Source: Balanoglossus misakiensis
Taxonomy: Eukaryota > Animalia > Hemichordata
Reading direction: 5' to 3'
Assembly (NCBI GenBank): GCA_040954595.2
Contig: CM082591.2
Location: 5,487,009 to 5,551,008 of the forward strand
DNA: 64,000 nucleotides
The notes under the pieces were generated by a model, which saw nothing but the letters and a program-made list of their open reading frames with translations, ran no database searches and had not been told where the DNA came from. Both the position numbers and the translations under genes were made by a program. The number at the start of each line of letters is the position of its first letter. Within the stretch, counting starts at the first letter, position 1. Below are positions 14,101-25,453 of this stretch, piece by piece.

Positions 14101-17100
14101 GACAATCTGTAAATACGGTATCCGTATGGGTATACCAAGGTTCCTCTGGAAATTTCAGGAATTTCACGTCGCTCCAGGAGAGTCCTTGGATGAAATTAAC
14201 TCCGGAAAATCCTGAAAGAATTAAGCCACCAATGCCAGCATACATTTTGTATAATTGTGGAGAGAAAAAAATCCATGGAGTAGGTTTATTTTCACAATTA
14301 TCAAACTTGCTATGAAGTCATTGTGTGTGCGTCTTGCAAAAGAATACAGGATTATGTGCGAAACATGTCTGCAGTAAAGGTTTTGAAGCAATAATTTTAC
14401 TCTGTAAGAACCAGAATATGGTTTATTCATATATCTGTATATATCATGTACCTGACATTTGAATAACTTTTATCAATTCAACCATGGTAAATTATTTACG
14501 ATTCTATGTTACATTTAGGGTTGACTGGAAAACGATATATGTCATCAGTCTCGCCACCTTTATTGCAGTTGGTTATATTTTTCGATTAAATCTAAATTCA
14601 GCTGTCTAACTTCAAGCAGAAATCTTCATCAGAAGCAGACCTCTCAAAACTGCAGTAATTAGATTTTGGATTAAAACAAGATTCTTTTCACACAAGGGAG
14701 AATGAAATCTTAGTCATAAAATATCTCTGTATATATAAAGGAAATTGTTGCTTTATCATTCGCTCACGCCTTGATGGTTATAACATATGTGGGCACCTGC
14801 ATTTGCTGTTTCCATGGCGACTCGTATTTGCATACATTTGCATAATGTTGACAAGTACGGGCTGGATGAAATTTATTTGATTTTAATTCAAGTGAGATTC
14901 CAGACTTGGACACCTCATTTGAACCACAAAGAACCTTGGTGTCTGCTTCCTGCTGAGCCAATACACTAGATGCATTTCAATGCATTACAGCGATTTCAAT
15001 TAGATTCAGGTTGTGGTCTGTGGTCGTGGCTGGTGTGAATAGTTCATGGCGTTGTCCGGCGGCTAAAAATAGTTCATGTCCAAGGCCAACCCCGTGCAGG
15101 GACAGGATAACCTGCCCTTGAACTGTCAGTGTTCTTTAGATGTTGATACAGGGAGAATCATTTGATTTCTAGGGGGGGGGGAGATTTTTTCGGGAAAAAA
15201 ATGTTGGCAGAGGGGAAATAATTCGTCTGCAATGCTTTGAAGAAAAAGATGGACAGGTATTGGAATAAAAAATTTGCTGTAACAGTGGCTGAAAAAATAT
15301 TTGCTGGCATACCCAAACCTCCCCCCCCCCCTTGTTTAAATAAAATGGTCCTCCCCTAAGAAATTTCTGGAGAGAGAAAAAAAAAGGGCAGCAACCTTCG
15401 TGTTCATGGTCCCAAAGTGGCCCTGGTGAGTAATTCATACAGAGAGTTCTATTGACAGTCCTTATTTATCTCTGCCTATGCACCTGAAAAAAAAACCCTG
15501 CAATGTCCTTGTTGCAGTGTGAAGGTTAATCTCAGGACGAAGGACACAATCTGCTACAAGTACATGGACATTTTGTTCAGCTACTGAGTGATCCCTTTCA
15601 AATAAATCCATTTTAGCCCACTGCCTGATTGGTTGGAATTTCATTTTAAGTTCATTCTTGTTACCGTAAGAGAGCCAAAAAACGTGAAAATAAATAGTCG
15701 CATAAATGTTTTTCTGAGATAACGATGCAGTTGGTGAAAATTAATCCTAACAGTTGCCTCTTTTGATATTGTGAAAATTTCCTGTCGCAAAAATAACCTG
15801 TTTTACAGTATATCTTGATGAAGATTCATCACTGATAATCTGCCGTCACACAGACAAGTGTTAGCCGCGCATTGCTCTGTTGCCAAGCTTTTACTGATGA
15901 GGCATGTGTCATCTTGTCCTATTTCCCGTGGGTCGGCATAGCGATTGTTGCTATGGGATTCTCGTAGTGAATGTCATGTCCACACTTGTCTGTTTCATGA
16001 ACACCTGTGTTCTTAGTGGAAAACAGCCTTCATGAAATTAGCAGTTAAAGGTATATAGTCACCTTCAATTTACATACGCCCATATATTTCGGTGTTCTAA
16101 GAACATATGGTGGCACTCTTTTTTCGCGTGTGCCACCCACTGGAAATCTGTGATTGGCTAGACTTCAATTTACCATGGTAACTACATGTATAGCTAATTT
16201 TCCATATGTGGACTGTATAAAGTGCAGAATTTCCTTCTCTAAAATCTATAAACCATATACCATGCCTTGGCATGCAGACATGTATCACCAAACTACAGTA
16301 TACACACGTGAAGTGTCATTTTCCGTATCTTACAAACTGAAGTGACAGTTTACTTTACATTATGAAACGATACCGTCAGTGTTACCTACATTTGTATGGG
16401 GGCCATTCGTTTTGCAGAGTGGAAATCTCTCCCTTCATTATTCAATTTATTGATTTGTGTGTGTGGAAACAATGCCTGCTTTTTGGGCTCTGTGACACGA
16501 GTCGGTTGAGCTATGTCTAGAATGTCACCTCTGATCACCTCTGCCTGGAAAGTAAACACCTTGCCTGAAGCTAGTCATGCTGTGTATTGTGTAAATGAGG
16601 TAATAGTGATTTCTCACTCAGTCTTCTGGCTTGGGCCAATGAAAAAAATATTGTGTGTGTCTGATAACCCGACGTACCTTACTTTAAATCTGTCGACTCA
16701 AAACTTGTTCCGGGTTCGATTATGTGGAAGTTAAAAATATGTACAGTCGAACCTGTCTATATGGACCAGTCAAGGGACTTGTAGACTTATAGACAGGTGG
16801 CCTTTATAAATAAAATGCTAATAAAACGCAAAATCTCGAGAGACTTGCAACGGCATGACATCATCTATAATTAATCAAAGACGTCTTCTTCTCCTGACCT
16901 AATTTTAAGACATGGTACTTTTGACCACTTTAGTAATCGATCCCCCCTCATTCATCATTGTCAGTGTCTACTCTGTATCAGTTGAAGCTAAGTCATCAGT
17001 CTGGCATTGTCCATCTTTGGCAGTTTGTCAAATATTTTGATGTGCGTTTATAAACTCTTTTTTCACAGTCTAGTTAAGTCTGACCCATATCCTGACTTCT

Positions 17101-20100
17101 CCCATATTGGCAGAGCTTGTGTGTTGGGTACGTCTGAATGAATCATGCCTTTGGGCGGGTACGGCCAGGCAAGAAGGCATTGTTTTGGCCACTACAGGAA
17201 TCAGTGTTATGGGCAGCCATTGTATGTAGCTCTTCCAGAGCAGTGTAGAGGTGCAGAACATTACTTGTCCAGAGGACTTCATGACTACATGTATCATGTA
17301 CAAATACAGTAAAAAAATGTCTAAACCAAACACCGCTTATAACATGTGGTCCAATGTCACAGAGACAGGATTCGGTATAGACAGGTTTCCAGATTAGACA
17401 GGGTTCGGGTTTAGACAGCTTTTACTGTACATACATCACCCTTCTTACACCAAATAAATATGTGCACAATGGTGCATTGGCTGCAAGCATTATCAACAGT
17501 CCAATGGCCCCTTCCACATTCATCTACAGGTAGGATTACTGTATTTAAGCAACTGGCAGTACAGCAGAATTCATCAGCCACCAGATAAATCCAAGTGTAG
17601 TATTGGGTTGTCATTTTGTCGTTCAGCAACTAATTTATTTCGTCAGCTCGTATCTTCATATAACCAGGTCACCAGACATACATATTTTTATTGTTTGGTA
17701 ACCATAGTAAACGGTACTCTAATCCCCAGCTTTGCATAGCATCATGTCTAGACAACTTCCATGTGAGGATTTCTTTGAAGCGGATAATTTTACCTCGGTA
17801 TACCCCAAATTTCAAAACTTAATAGTCTAAAATGCCTTCAGCGAGATTGTTGTTTCTTATTCCTGTGAAGTTTTGGATAAACCGTCCAGTTGTTCCTGAA
17901 AAATGCAGACAACATCGCTTCCAAAGACTTCCCCTGCAGGGGTAGAGCATGCATTCCTGTGTGCACCTGGCCATTTCCGAGCCCTGGATGACCCCGAAAA
18001 AAACACTGCCCTCTGTATTTGACCTCAACGCAGTGAAACATACGAACGCGGAAAATTATCGTCGCGTAACAGTTGCCTCTTTTCCTGTCGCGAACATTTC
18101 CCGTTTTACGGTATTTCCACGTCATGCTGGGCCTAAAGAAGTCTACATTGCAGCAATAACCTCATTTTGCGGAGTATCTGCTGTGAAATCCAGTCACGTG
18201 ACCATTTCAATTTCCGTGCACCGGCAAATTGCCAGCAACAGTGCAGTCCCATTTAAAGTACACGTCACCTTGCTGAAACTGTATCCGAGATATAATTTCA
18301 CATCCATCATCGCAACTGAAATATGTCATTTGGTTTTTACTGTAGACAGGTATTCATGTAGAAAGTGCAAAATGATAAACCAGTATTAAAGGGACAAAGT
18401 CTCTCTCTCGCTGCCCTTTTTCCCATTAATTATATTTGATACAAGACACCGTTTGTTATTCTACATGTGGATATATAGTGAATGAACATTCAACCACACA
18501 CAACTTCCATCCCTCTTATAGACAGGAGAGTGAAAAAACTCGCCAGAATGAATAATCGTTCTTTACCATTTATTCATTTTGGGCGAGTTTTTACTCTCAT
18601 ATCATACAAGTGGGATGGAAGTTTTGTGTGATTGATCATTGATTCACTATATATCCACATTTACATTAACATAACCAGTGTCTTGTATCAAACATAATTA
18701 ATGGAAAAGGGGCAGCTGGAGAGAGACTTTGTCCCTTTAAATGCCAACAAAGAAGATAATATTTTATCAGGAGGCACTCTCGAACTTCTTGAGAGGCAAA
18801 AAATCATGATTATAAATAGTCGCGAAAGAACAATTTAACAAGAGAGAACGCGAAAATTAATCGTCGTGTAAAAGTCGTTTCTGTTGATATCGCGAAAATT
18901 TCCTGTCACAAAAATTTCCTGTTTTACAGTATACCCAAATTGGTGTCACAGCAGGAAATTTGTAACATCGATGGATGTCTGATGGTTTTTTTATCAGGCA
19001 TATTCTGTTAAGGAATTAGGAATTAGGCACAAAGAATTGAATGGGCACAGTAGACATGTACCTGTGAATGTCAAGGTCGATTGATCTGTTCAAGAGTGCC
19101 CTCACTGTGTCTTTCAATCATAAACCCAACTTTTTTTTCTCTTCACGTGCTTCGTCATTGAAACATTAACTTAGACTCAAGCCTGCTTGTATCTCTGAAG
19201 TATTCAAGAGTGTTTTAAGGATACTACAATGTATATATAGTGTCGTCTTGACGTGGTTTTAAGTTGTTGAGTGATGGTCTGTCGGTCTCTATTGTAGGTG
19301 CTACTTCAGGGCAGGTGCCAAAGTTCAAGTAGATCTGTGAACGGACAATGGGTCATTCAGTCAACAGGCTGTTCAATTTGCTATATTTTACTTTAGTCTG
19401 CTTCTGGCATTGTAACACACATGTTCAACGAAGTACAGTCAAACCTGTGTAAACTGAAACTTGTCTGTACAAAACACCTTTTCCTATATCCGGTTGACAT
19501 AGAAGCACATGTTAAAACTGGAACTCTATAAACTGGACACCTGCAGGCCAATCATTCATTCCAGCAGTTGCCATGGTAACAACAGTAGTTCAGTAAACTT
19601 TATATACACTGGCAATCCTTCCATCAGTTACACACGTGAAGTTGATATGTTGTTCATTTATTTTTGTTCAACTACAGTAAAACTTGCTTGTTTTATAATT
19701 GTATACACTGGTCCAGGCAGAAAATAAGTGGTCCCAGAACTCACACTACGGAATTTTGTGTGCCCCCCCCCCCCCCCCCCCAATAATAAAAACAGCTAAT
19801 CCAGGGCCCCCATTTAACAACACTGTAGTATTAATTTTACATTGATGAGGGCACCTGGGAAGCTTAAAGGGACAAAGCCTCTCTCTCGCTGCCCTTTTTT
19901 CCATTAATTATGTTTGATACAAGACACTGTTTATGTTAATGTAAATGTGGATATATAGTGAATCAATGATCAACCACACAAAACTTCCATCCCACTTGTA
20001 TGATATGAGAGTAAAAACTCGCCCAAAATGAATAAATGGTAAAGAACGATTATTCATTTTGGCGAGTTTTTTCACTCTCCTGTCTATAAGAGGGATGGAA

Positions 20101-23100
20101 GTTGTGTGTGGTTGAACGTTTATTCGCTATATACCCACATGTAGAATAACAAACGGTGTCTTGTATCAAATATAATTAATGGAAAAAAGGGCAGCAAGAG
20201 AGATACTTTGTCCCATTTAACAACACTGTAGTATTAATATTACATTGATGAGGGCACCTGGGCAGCTTAATCGAATGAGATGATGATGTCGTCACTGAAA
20301 ACGCTGTTATCTCCAATGTAGCAGTATCTACCAGACATAATGAATGGGCTTACTCACAAAGCCTGTCTGCGATACACATTTCTGGGAGGCAAAGGCCAAC
20401 GTGGGGACTCCCATAAATTTCTGTAATTATGTGGCGATTTCGTGACTGCGGCAGAAAGTACGCTCATAACCTATATGTGACCTTGCGTTGCGAGTTACCC
20501 TTCCACCACCATGGTTTGGTCCAATTCCATTGTTTTCTATGGTAAAGTTGGACCACTATAGATGGAACGGGGGTGATAGGTTTAATTAAGACTGATACAA
20601 ACCACGTGTGTGAAATTCTAACCGTTTAATTTAGTTATAATGTGTATATTAATAATAATTTGTCATCTGGTTCTAATAACAGAACACATGCAATGCGATG
20701 ATTCACACTACGGATGAGATCCTATCACACGAATAAATCCTGGAAAAATAAACTTAAAATGGGACTTGTAAAAAGTGTAACAGTGCTAATATACACGTAT
20801 GACTGCATAAAATCAGAATAAAGATCAAAGGTTCATGAGAACTGGTGTACCTCATAATTATAGTAATGGTCAGCAGTTGTGAATTTGAATCTACCAATCT
20901 ATACGTTTGGTATACATGTATATGTGTCCCTTGCATGACCCCAGTTTGACTGGCATGCTTTTTGTCTGTCAACGTTTAACTTTTATTGCTATGAAAATGA
21001 GAGAAAAATATTTAAAGATGAGCCAAATTAAATATTTGGTGCAGTTGTCATAGCATGGTTGGGTTGTAGAGTTAATGATCAAACTGGTGGATGTATGCAT
21101 GTCATATTAGGGTCATGGAAATTACTAATACACTATGACAAATGTCCTAGTAATCTGAATTTACTCGAGAACTCCATAGTCAATAGTTTCTTTACTTTGT
21201 TTTCTTCTCAGGGCTTTTTCCGGCGTAGTAGCAAAAGCGGGAAAGAGTACTCGTGTCGCCATGGCAACGGACAGTGCCCAATCGGAAGGGTCAATCGGAA
21301 TCGGTGCCAGTTCTGTCGCTACAAAAAATGCCTCGAAGTGGGCATGTCCAGGGAAGGTGAGTTGTCTCATTTAAAGGGACAATGTCTCTCTCTCTCGCTG
21401 CCCTATTTCCATTAATTATGTTTAACAGAAGACACCGTTTATGTTATGTACATGTGGATTTATAGTGAATGAACATTCAACCACACACCTTCCATCCCAC
21501 TTGTAGACGCGAGAGTAAAAAAACTCGCCAAAATGAATAATCGGTCTCTACCATTTATTCATTTTGGGCGAGTTTTTATTACTCTCATATCATACAAGCA
21601 GGATGGAGTTTGAGCATGGTTGAATGTTCATTCACTACACTATTCACATTGTAGAATAACAGAAATGGTGTCTTGTATCAAATATAACTAAGGAAAAAAG
21701 GGCAGCGAGAGAGGGACTTTGTAAAAATGTGTCACATTTTAATACTGATGCGTGTTCCAAGGCGTATCCATCACTTGCTTGCAATACGTTGCTGGCCCTC
21801 CCCTAAGTAACCGATGTACCTTGTTCTAACCCTTGTCAGCTGTGAGGGTCGGCCGAGTGCCCACATCCCGACAGAGCCGACCGAGGCCCAAGAGCGAGAA
21901 GTCGCCTAGCAACGGCGAGGTCTCCGACTCGGAGAGCGTCGAGAGCAGCAAGGTGGAGACGCAGCCGCCGAACGTCAACGGACAGGCGGCGGAGAAACCG
22001 TCGTCGGGGGAAACCGCCGAGCAGTTGCTCAAGGCCAAGCAGGCGGAGATGTATGAACTAGTCAGTGTGGTGTCCTATGCTTACCAAGTCACCTGCTTAT
22101 ACAACAGTAAAAACTTTCCAACTCTCAGGGATAAATTAGATGTGAGTATAGTCCCTCAAGGCCCTGCCTTTCCACAGTGTTTTGACTACAGGAAAGGTCT
22201 GAAATTGTAAACCACTCTTTAAGGGGCAACTTTAATCCCTAGTTCTTGCATCAGTTCTTATGGACATCAAATGTTTTTGTGCTGTTTTCCATTGAAATGT
22301 TAATCAAGGTAAAGGCCTTGCTCAACAGTGGGTCAAATCTTTTGTTTCCAATAAACAGTAACGTGCTAACACAAAGGCATTCTTGTTTGCCTTCATTGTA
22401 CCACCCTGGGATTGAGGAAAAGGCCTTTAAGGAATTTGCATTTAGATACAACCGATAAAGAATGTGCCTCTATAAAAAAATCTATATATTATTTCATAAA
22501 AGTTTGCCTTTAACATAACAAGTGTAAAATTTGCTCCTGTGAAGTCCTGTACTTTTTTAAAACTTTTTTATGGTTTCTATGTTACATATTTGTATGTTTC
22601 ATTGATTTACAGAAAGATACAACTACCTCAAGTAATACAGACCCATTTTCTTTGCAAATCAACTCATCGGAGGCGTCGACGGGCGTGGCTCCCCCGACCG
22701 TCACCAACACACACAACGGCCAACAGAACTGGATCAGCATCGCCGAGATGATGACCTCGGCGATCCGCGGCCAGGTGGAGTACGCCAAAGCCGTGCCCGG
22801 CTACCGCAACCTCTCTCAGGAAGACCAACTCATCCTCCTCAAGGGCAGCTTCTTCGAGATCTGGCTGCTGCGCATGGTGGCGCTGTACCGCAAGGAGAGC
22901 GAGGCGGGCGTCGTCGGCTCCGTCGCCGTGGACAACAACGGCAAGGTGTCGGTGTGGCGCGAGCTGCTGGGCATGTTCGAGGCCGACTTCAGCATGGCCA
23001 TCGCCGGCCTGGCCGAGTCGCTCAGCCAGCTGCCGCTGGTGGAGACCGAGACGGCGCTGTTCGCGGGAGTCTTGCTGACTTCGAAAGGTGGGTGAAGAAG

Positions 23101-24207
23101 ATGTGCTAGGCCTTGGTGTCGACCCTTTCACCACAATGGTTTAGTCCAACTTGATTGTCTACTATGCTAGATTTGGACCTGTAAACAGTAAAATAGGGGG
23201 TGAAAGGGTTAAATGAAAAACAGAGCTTGGAAATTTGATTACCACTAAAACAAAACATCTTTCTAATACTACTTTAACCATTTCACCACCATGGTTTAGT
23301 CCAACTTGATTGTCTACTATGCTAGATTTGGACCTGTATCAGTAAAATAGGGGTGAAAGGGCTTAATGAAAAGCAGAGCTTTTAGGCTTGGAAATTTGAT
23401 TACCACTAACACAAAACATCTTGCCGCTACTACTTTAACCATTTCATCACCATGGTTTAGTCCAACTTGATTGTCTACTATGGTAGAATTGGACCTGTAA
23501 ACAGTAAAATAGGGGTGAAAGGGCTTAATGAAAAGCAGACCTTTTAGGCTTAGAAATTTGATTACCACTAACACAAAACATCTTGCCGCTACTATTTTAA
23601 CCCTTTCACCACCATGGTTCAGTCCAAGTCCAATTGTGAAGCAATTTTTGAACAACTCTGCCTATTAAAGGGACAAAGTCTCTCTCTTGCTGGTAAACAC
23701 TGACTATTCATTTTAGCGAGTTTTGTACTCTCATATCATACAAGTTGGATGGAAGTTGTGTGTGGTCAAACGTTGATTCACTATATATCAACATGTAGAA
23801 TAACATAAGTGGTGTCTTGTATCAAACATAATTACTGGACAAGGGGCAGCGAGAGAGAGACTTTGTCCCTTTAAAGTATAGTAACCCTATGGTCTCTCAA
23901 TGCATACCACTTGTTATTTTTTTCCCTCACAGATCGAGCAGGACTGACCAGCAAAGCCAGCGTGGAGCAGCTACAACTCAAGTTCTTTGAAGCCCTGAAG
24001 GTGCAACTCGAGGGCAACCACCCCCAAGATTCCAGTACTTTATTTAATATCCTACTCAACAAAACTCAGGAGCTGCACGCGTTGAACAGCAAACACCGAG
24101 AGTATGTGCACCGAAACCACCAAGTCTGGCCGACAGCCAAGCTACCAGCCTTGTACGTGGAAATGATGGACTTGTCCGTGCCTGTACTGGTCGATACCAT
24201 GCAGTAA
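4778..24207 (+). CDS. Nuclear receptor, NR1 family (E78/NR1E-like; related to E75/Rev-erb/ROR), about 462 aa, 6 coding exons
   Basis: Exons joined in frame at GT-AG sites: 4778-4805 (MEASSSLVA, phase-1 donor; least certain), 11683-11846 (first zinc finger [22 protein letters not shown]), 21212-21356 (GFFRRS...CRHGNGQC...RNRCQFCRYKKCLEVGMSRE), 21840-22141 (AVRVGRVP C-terminal extension and hinge), 22613-23087 (LBD signature VEYAKAVPGYRNLSQEDQLILLKGSFFEIWL), 23933-24207 (DRAGL...LPALYVEMMDL, stop TAA). The P-box EGCKG and RxGRVP motif indicate NR1. DQLILLKGSFFEIW and LPALYVEMMDL resemble E78. Confidence 0.9.
6541..6733. mobile_element. MITE family A copy
   Basis: tactgtaaaacgggaaattttcgcga ... 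caaaaatttcccgtgttccagta, with the same internal TTTTCGCG motifs. Confidence 0.8.
7146..7308. mobile_element. MITE family A, degenerate copy
   Basis: Right end cgcgaaaatttttcccgtttttacagta; internal ggctctcgcaaagttcgc. Confidence 0.6.
9917..9988. mobile_element. MITE family B, single-end fragment
   Basis: ttaaagggacaaagtctcgctg...cattaatcatgtttgatacaagacaccgtttatgttattct. Confidence 0.7.
10754..10950. mobile_element. MITE family A copy
   Basis: tactgtaaaacgggttattttcgc ... gcgaaaattacccgttttacagta. Confidence 0.85.
11902..12138. mobile_element. MITE family A copy
   Basis: ctgtaaaacaggttattttcg ... tcctgttttacagta. It explains the spurious tail of ORF 11688-12155. Confidence 0.8.
13908..14098. 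mobile_element. MITE family A copy
   Basis: tattgtaaacaggaaatttt ... gtgaaaatttcccattttacagta. Confidence 0.7.
15662..15810. mobile_element. MITE family A, internally deleted copy
   Basis: taccgtaa-gagagccaaaaaacgtgaaaataaa ... aataacctgttttacagta. Confidence 0.7.
16045..16180 (+). mobile_element. Dispersed repeat (end of a TTAA-type element); inverted copy at 34378-34522
   Basis: gaacatatggtggcactctttt...tgtgattggctagac...ccatggta matches the reverse complement of catggcaaaccgagatctagccaatcaca...aaaagagcgccactatatgttc. Confidence 0.6.
17305..17429. mobile_element. TA-flanked MITE family (CAGTAAAA..TGTCTAAACC termini); related copy at 30269-30370
   Basis: tacagtaaaaaaatgtctaaacc ... ggtttagacagcttttactgta; the second copy reads tacagtaaaaacctgtctaaaccgaac ... 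gttcggtttagacaggtcttact. Confidence 0.6.
18044..18113. mobile_element. MITE family A, right-end fragment
   Basis: gaacgcggaaaattatcgtcgcgtaacagttgcctc ... cccgttttacggta. Confidence 0.6.
18386..18740. mobile_element. MITE family B (TTAA-flanked, termini AGGGACAAAG...CTTTGTCCCT; Kolobok-type non-autonomous element, largely palindromic, about 350 bp)
   Basis: ttaa|agggacaaagtctctctctcgctgccc ... gagagactttgtccct|ttaa. A TTAA target with AG..CT termini fits Kolobok rather than piggyBac (CCC..GGG). Confidence 0.85.
18791..18931. mobile_element. MITE family A, partial copy
   Basis: gagaacgcgaaaattaatcgtcg ... gatatcgcgaaaatt ... cctgttttacagta. Confidence 0.7.
19864..20220. mobile_element. MITE family B copy (inverted relative to 18386-18740)
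   Basis: Same TIRs and the internal palindrome gagagtaaaaactcgcccaaaatgaataaatggtaaagaacgattattcattttggcgag. Confidence 0.85.
20495..20585. mobile_element. MITE family C copy (opposite orientation)
   Basis: ttacccttccaccaccatggtttggtccaattccattgttttctatggtaaagttggacc...ggtgataggtttaa. Confidence 0.65.
21371..21722. mobile_element. MITE family B copy, 14 nt downstream of the second zinc-finger exon
   Basis: ttaaagggacaatgtctctctctctcgctgccc ... gggcagcgagagagggactttgt. Confidence 0.85.
23121..23635. repeat. Tandem array of about 161-bp units, each a family-C MITE plus spacer (about 3.3 units)
   Basis: Unit starts (ttaa)cc(c/a)tttca at about 23121, 23274, 23435 and 23597. Confidence 0.85.
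23665..23874. mobile_element. MITE family B, internally deleted copy
   Basis: Both TIRs and both TTAA sites are present; the left internal arm is missing. Confidence 0.8.
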
Positions 24208-25364
24208 AAGAAGAAAAAAATAATCATCCTCGATGTATACATATCTCTGTTTACTTTAGGCTAACAATCCCTACCTCAAATGGTATCTGCATTCAATCTC
24301 ATCAAAAAAATAACAAGACTATTTTCCTAGTTTGGGTCGAGCCATTTTACAGAGAGGGTGGATATGGCTTCAGAAGCCAGCTGGGTGGATATTTCTGACA
24401 CCATGAATGCGTATTGCTGGCTTTTGGGATCAAACAAAGAAAATCGTATGCTGCATTTCATGAAAACGTCATACCTTGCCAAACATCAGCCAACATGGGC
24501 CGCCATTATTTAGCGAAACAACGCTGGCCACAGAGAATACAATATTTTTTTTTCTGCAACTTTTTTTTAGCCATGCTATGTGCTAAAGCCTTGAAAATTG
24601 TAGTTTAGAGATTTCATTAATGATAGTCCACCCCAAGGCAGTAACAGAACCTTTTTTTTGCAATTTTCTAGATGGGGTCATCTATTGAGAGAAAACTTAT
24701 AAATTAAAATAATCATTATTTTGCCTTTTTTTTTTAAATTTCCCTAGTTTCAAAAAGAAGAATCAAACAGAACCTTACTTTAAAATGTTCAGGGATATAT
24801 ACACACATGTGGAAAAAAATGTCTTTAAAAGATTTTTTTTCCAAGCTGCATTTAAATACCATGGCAAGATTTCTAAGAGAAAACGTTTTTTTTTTTAAAT
24901 TTCTGTAACCGTAGTAACAGTCCTTCATAGCGTATGCCCTTACAATGTTAAGACTGGATATATATCTTTTTTAATTGTCGTAAGGCATCTAGTGTACAGT
25001 GAGAATAACCCTTAACCCCCCTATTTGCCTGCAAGTGGGACCAGCCCGAACCACTGAAAGCAGTGGTGGTCACACCAGACTTTTGCAGGAAAGGGGGGAG
25101 TGAAAATAACTCGTAAAGCTGCCCAGTACTAAAACATTGCATTACGTTTACAGTGTCGTAATATGCCTACTTGGTGAAAAAGGGAGATTTTTTTTTTTTC
25201 AACGTTTACTTGGAGCAACTCGGACTCTGTAGTCTTGACAGAGACATTCCCCTGATTTTAGTCAGATGAAATGTTTAGTGGAAACTGCATATAGTACTAC
25301 TTGGCATGAACCAATGACATGCCGACCTCATCACACCATGCTGCAGATCTGCGTAGCTATAGAG

Positions 25365-25453
25365 CACCCCCACGCCACAAATGCTACAGTCCATCTCACC
25401 CCCATGCCACAAATGTTACAGTCCATCTCACCCCCACGCCACAAATGCTACAG
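25365..25453. repeat. Minisatellite, 32-bp unit, about 3 copies
   Basis: cacccccacgccacaaatgctacagtccatct is repeated. Confidence 0.85.

Noticed and set aside
22664-23134. 156-aa antisense ORF over the LBD exon
   Set aside because: Shadow ORF expected from the high GC3 of the sense exon; it has no recognisable motifs.
23317-23655. ORF with an internal peptide repeat
   Set aside because: It is the translation of the MITE-derived tandem array.
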